Origin: Candidatus Eiseniibacteriota bacterium
Lineage (GTDB): Bacteria; Eisenbacteria; RBG-16-71-46; CAVPCR01
Reading direction: 5' to 3'
NCBI GenBank assembly: GCA_963823555.1
Contig: CAWGMA010000001.1
Location: 1,024,001-1,088,000, forward strand
DNA: 64,000 nucleotides
Under the pieces are notes generated by a model. It had not been told where the DNA came from, searched no databases, and worked only from the letters and a program-made list of their open reading frames with translations. A program made the translations under genes and the position numbers. Positions 62,714-64,000 of this stretch are shown piece after piece. Positions within the stretch are counted from its first letter, which is position 1; each line of letters starts with the position of its first letter.

Positions 62714-63828
62714 CGAGGCCGGCCCCGGCGACCCGTGCCGCCACCGTGAGGAAACGCGGGGGAGAGGAGATCCTCGTCATTCGCTTGAGCTCCCTCGGCG
62801 ACATCGTGCTCACCTTCCCGGCGCTCGAGCTCCTCAGCCGCAAGGAGCCCCAAGCGCGGATCGTCGTTCTCACCAAGCGCGCTTACGCCCCGCTCGTGGC
62901 CGCCCATCCGGTGGTCGATGAGGTGCTTGTCCTCGATGAGACGGAGCGGGGAATCAGGGGGGCGTGGCGGCTTGCGCGCCGCATTCGAGAGCGACGGTTC
63001 TCCCGGGTGATCGACCTACACGGGACACCGCGGAGTCGCTTCATCGCCGCCCGGTCCGGGGCGCGACGAACGGGTCGCGTGCACTCCCGCGCCCTCGCGC
63101 GGCGGCGACTCGTGGGTGCCGCTTTCCTGCGTCGGGTCCTGCACCGCCCGCCGCCATCCTCGGCCGGCGTGGGGGAGGTCCTACCGGCCGTCGCCCTGGC
63201 GATGGCGCGCGCGGTGGATCCCCGCGTGTCCGAGCCGGCCGAGCTCCCGCGGCCCGCGCTCGAGCTGCCGGCTCCAGCGCTTCGCCATGCCGACGAGCTT
63301 CTCGCCGCCACTCCGGGAGCCGGGCCGCTCATCGCGCTCTGCCCCGGTTCCCGGCACGCCACCAAGGGCTGGCCCGGATACGAGACGCTCGCGAAGAGCC
63401 TCCTCGACCGCGGGCACCGCGTTGCCGCCGTGCTCGGTCCGGAGGATGAGTGGCAGGGAGCGAGCGTGCCGGGCTGCGCCATCGTGCGCGGACCGCTCCT
63501 CGTCCTGGCAGCCGTGCTCTCGCGAGCCCAGGTCGCGGTCGGCAATGACTCCGGCCTCACCCATGTGGCTGCCGCGGCCGGCGCGCCGGTCGTCGCTGTC
63601 TTCGGTCCGACCGTGCCCGAGCTCGGCTTCCTGCCGGTGGGATCGCACCGCGTGGTCGAGCGCCATGATCTCAACTGCCGCCCATGCTCCGTGCACGGGA
63701 GCCGGCGGTGTCCCCGCGGCGACCACGCCTGCCTCGCCGAACTCGATCCAGCGCTCGTCATGACCGCGATCGATGACATCATGCAACCGGCAGCCCAGGC
63801 AAGGAACGAGGTGATCCATGTCCGCTGA
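62710..63828 (+). CDS. glycosyltransferase family 9 (heptosyltransferase-like)
   Basis: IRLSSLGDIV, DLH, GNDSGLTH, FGPT, CRPC. Confidence 0.9.
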   Translation: MTRPAPATRAATVRKRGGEEILVIRLSSLGDIVLTFPALELLSRKEPQARIVVLTKRAYAPLVAAHPVVDEVLVLDETERGIRGAWRLARRIRERRFSRVIDLHGTPRSRFIAARSGARRTGRVHSRALARRRLVGAAFLRRVLHRPPPSSAGVGEVLPAVALAMARAVDPRVSEPAELPRPALELPAPALRHADELLAATPGAGPLIALCPGSRHATKGWPGYETLAKSLLDRGHRVAAVLGPEDEWQGASVPGCAIVRGPLLVLAAVLSRAQVAVGNDSGLTHVAAAAGAPVVAVFGPTVPELGFLPVGSHRVVERHDLNCRPCSVHGSRRCPRGDHACLAELDPALVMTAIDDIMQPAAQARNEVIHVR

Positions 63829-64000
63829 GCGCGATCTCGCCCGCCGCCCGGATTCACTGCCGGCGATCCCGGCGGTGGGCCGCAACCGACTCGGGGCCCT
63901 GGAGATGGCCGGGGCCGGAGCGGTCACGCTCCTGGCCCTCGGCGTCTATCTGCGCACCATCTATCCCACCGTTCCGTTCTGGGATGCTGGTGAGTTCATC
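63818..64000 (+). CDS. DUF2723-domain membrane protein (3'-truncated)
   Basis: GAGGTG RBS; YLRTIYPTVPFWDAGEFI. Confidence 0.75.
   Translation, partial: MSAERDLARRPDSLPAIPAVGRNRLGALEMAGAGAVTLLALGVYLRTIYPTVPFWDAGEFI

Overview
High-GC bacterial DNA from a diderm (LPS-producing) lineage. The FlgD/T9SS-like C-terminal domains, the [ST]WGxIK C-terminal tails and the mcsA-mcsB-clpC-bamA-lpx gene order suggest Ca. Eisenbacteria or a related FCB-adjacent group (inference). Layout: (i) 1-7.5 kb: a PKD/cohesin/dockerin surface protein and a candidate signalling module made of a conserved hypothetical gene, a structured leader, a 21-aa peptide, a membrane HD-GYP phosphodiesterase and a sigma-54 activator; (ii) 7.4-17.7 kb: housekeeping genes (lnt, ecfT, truA, transaldolase, HtrA, purB, purL/Q/S); (iii) 17.8-38.0 kb: an accessory island of mostly secreted proteins, with six mosaic beta-helix paralogs sharing a C-terminal motif, three small Cys-rich proteins, a repeated 24-bp AT-rich palindrome (consensus AATCTACAAT-N4-ATTGTAGATT) and a lipoprotein operon; (iv) 38.2-64 kb: lysS, lolCDE, mcsAB-clpC, bamA-skp, lipid A/LPS genes, nadB, amrB, msbA. 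Many single-base frameshifts in normally essential genes point to consensus errors. No rRNA, tRNA, CRISPR, integrase or transposase was recognised.
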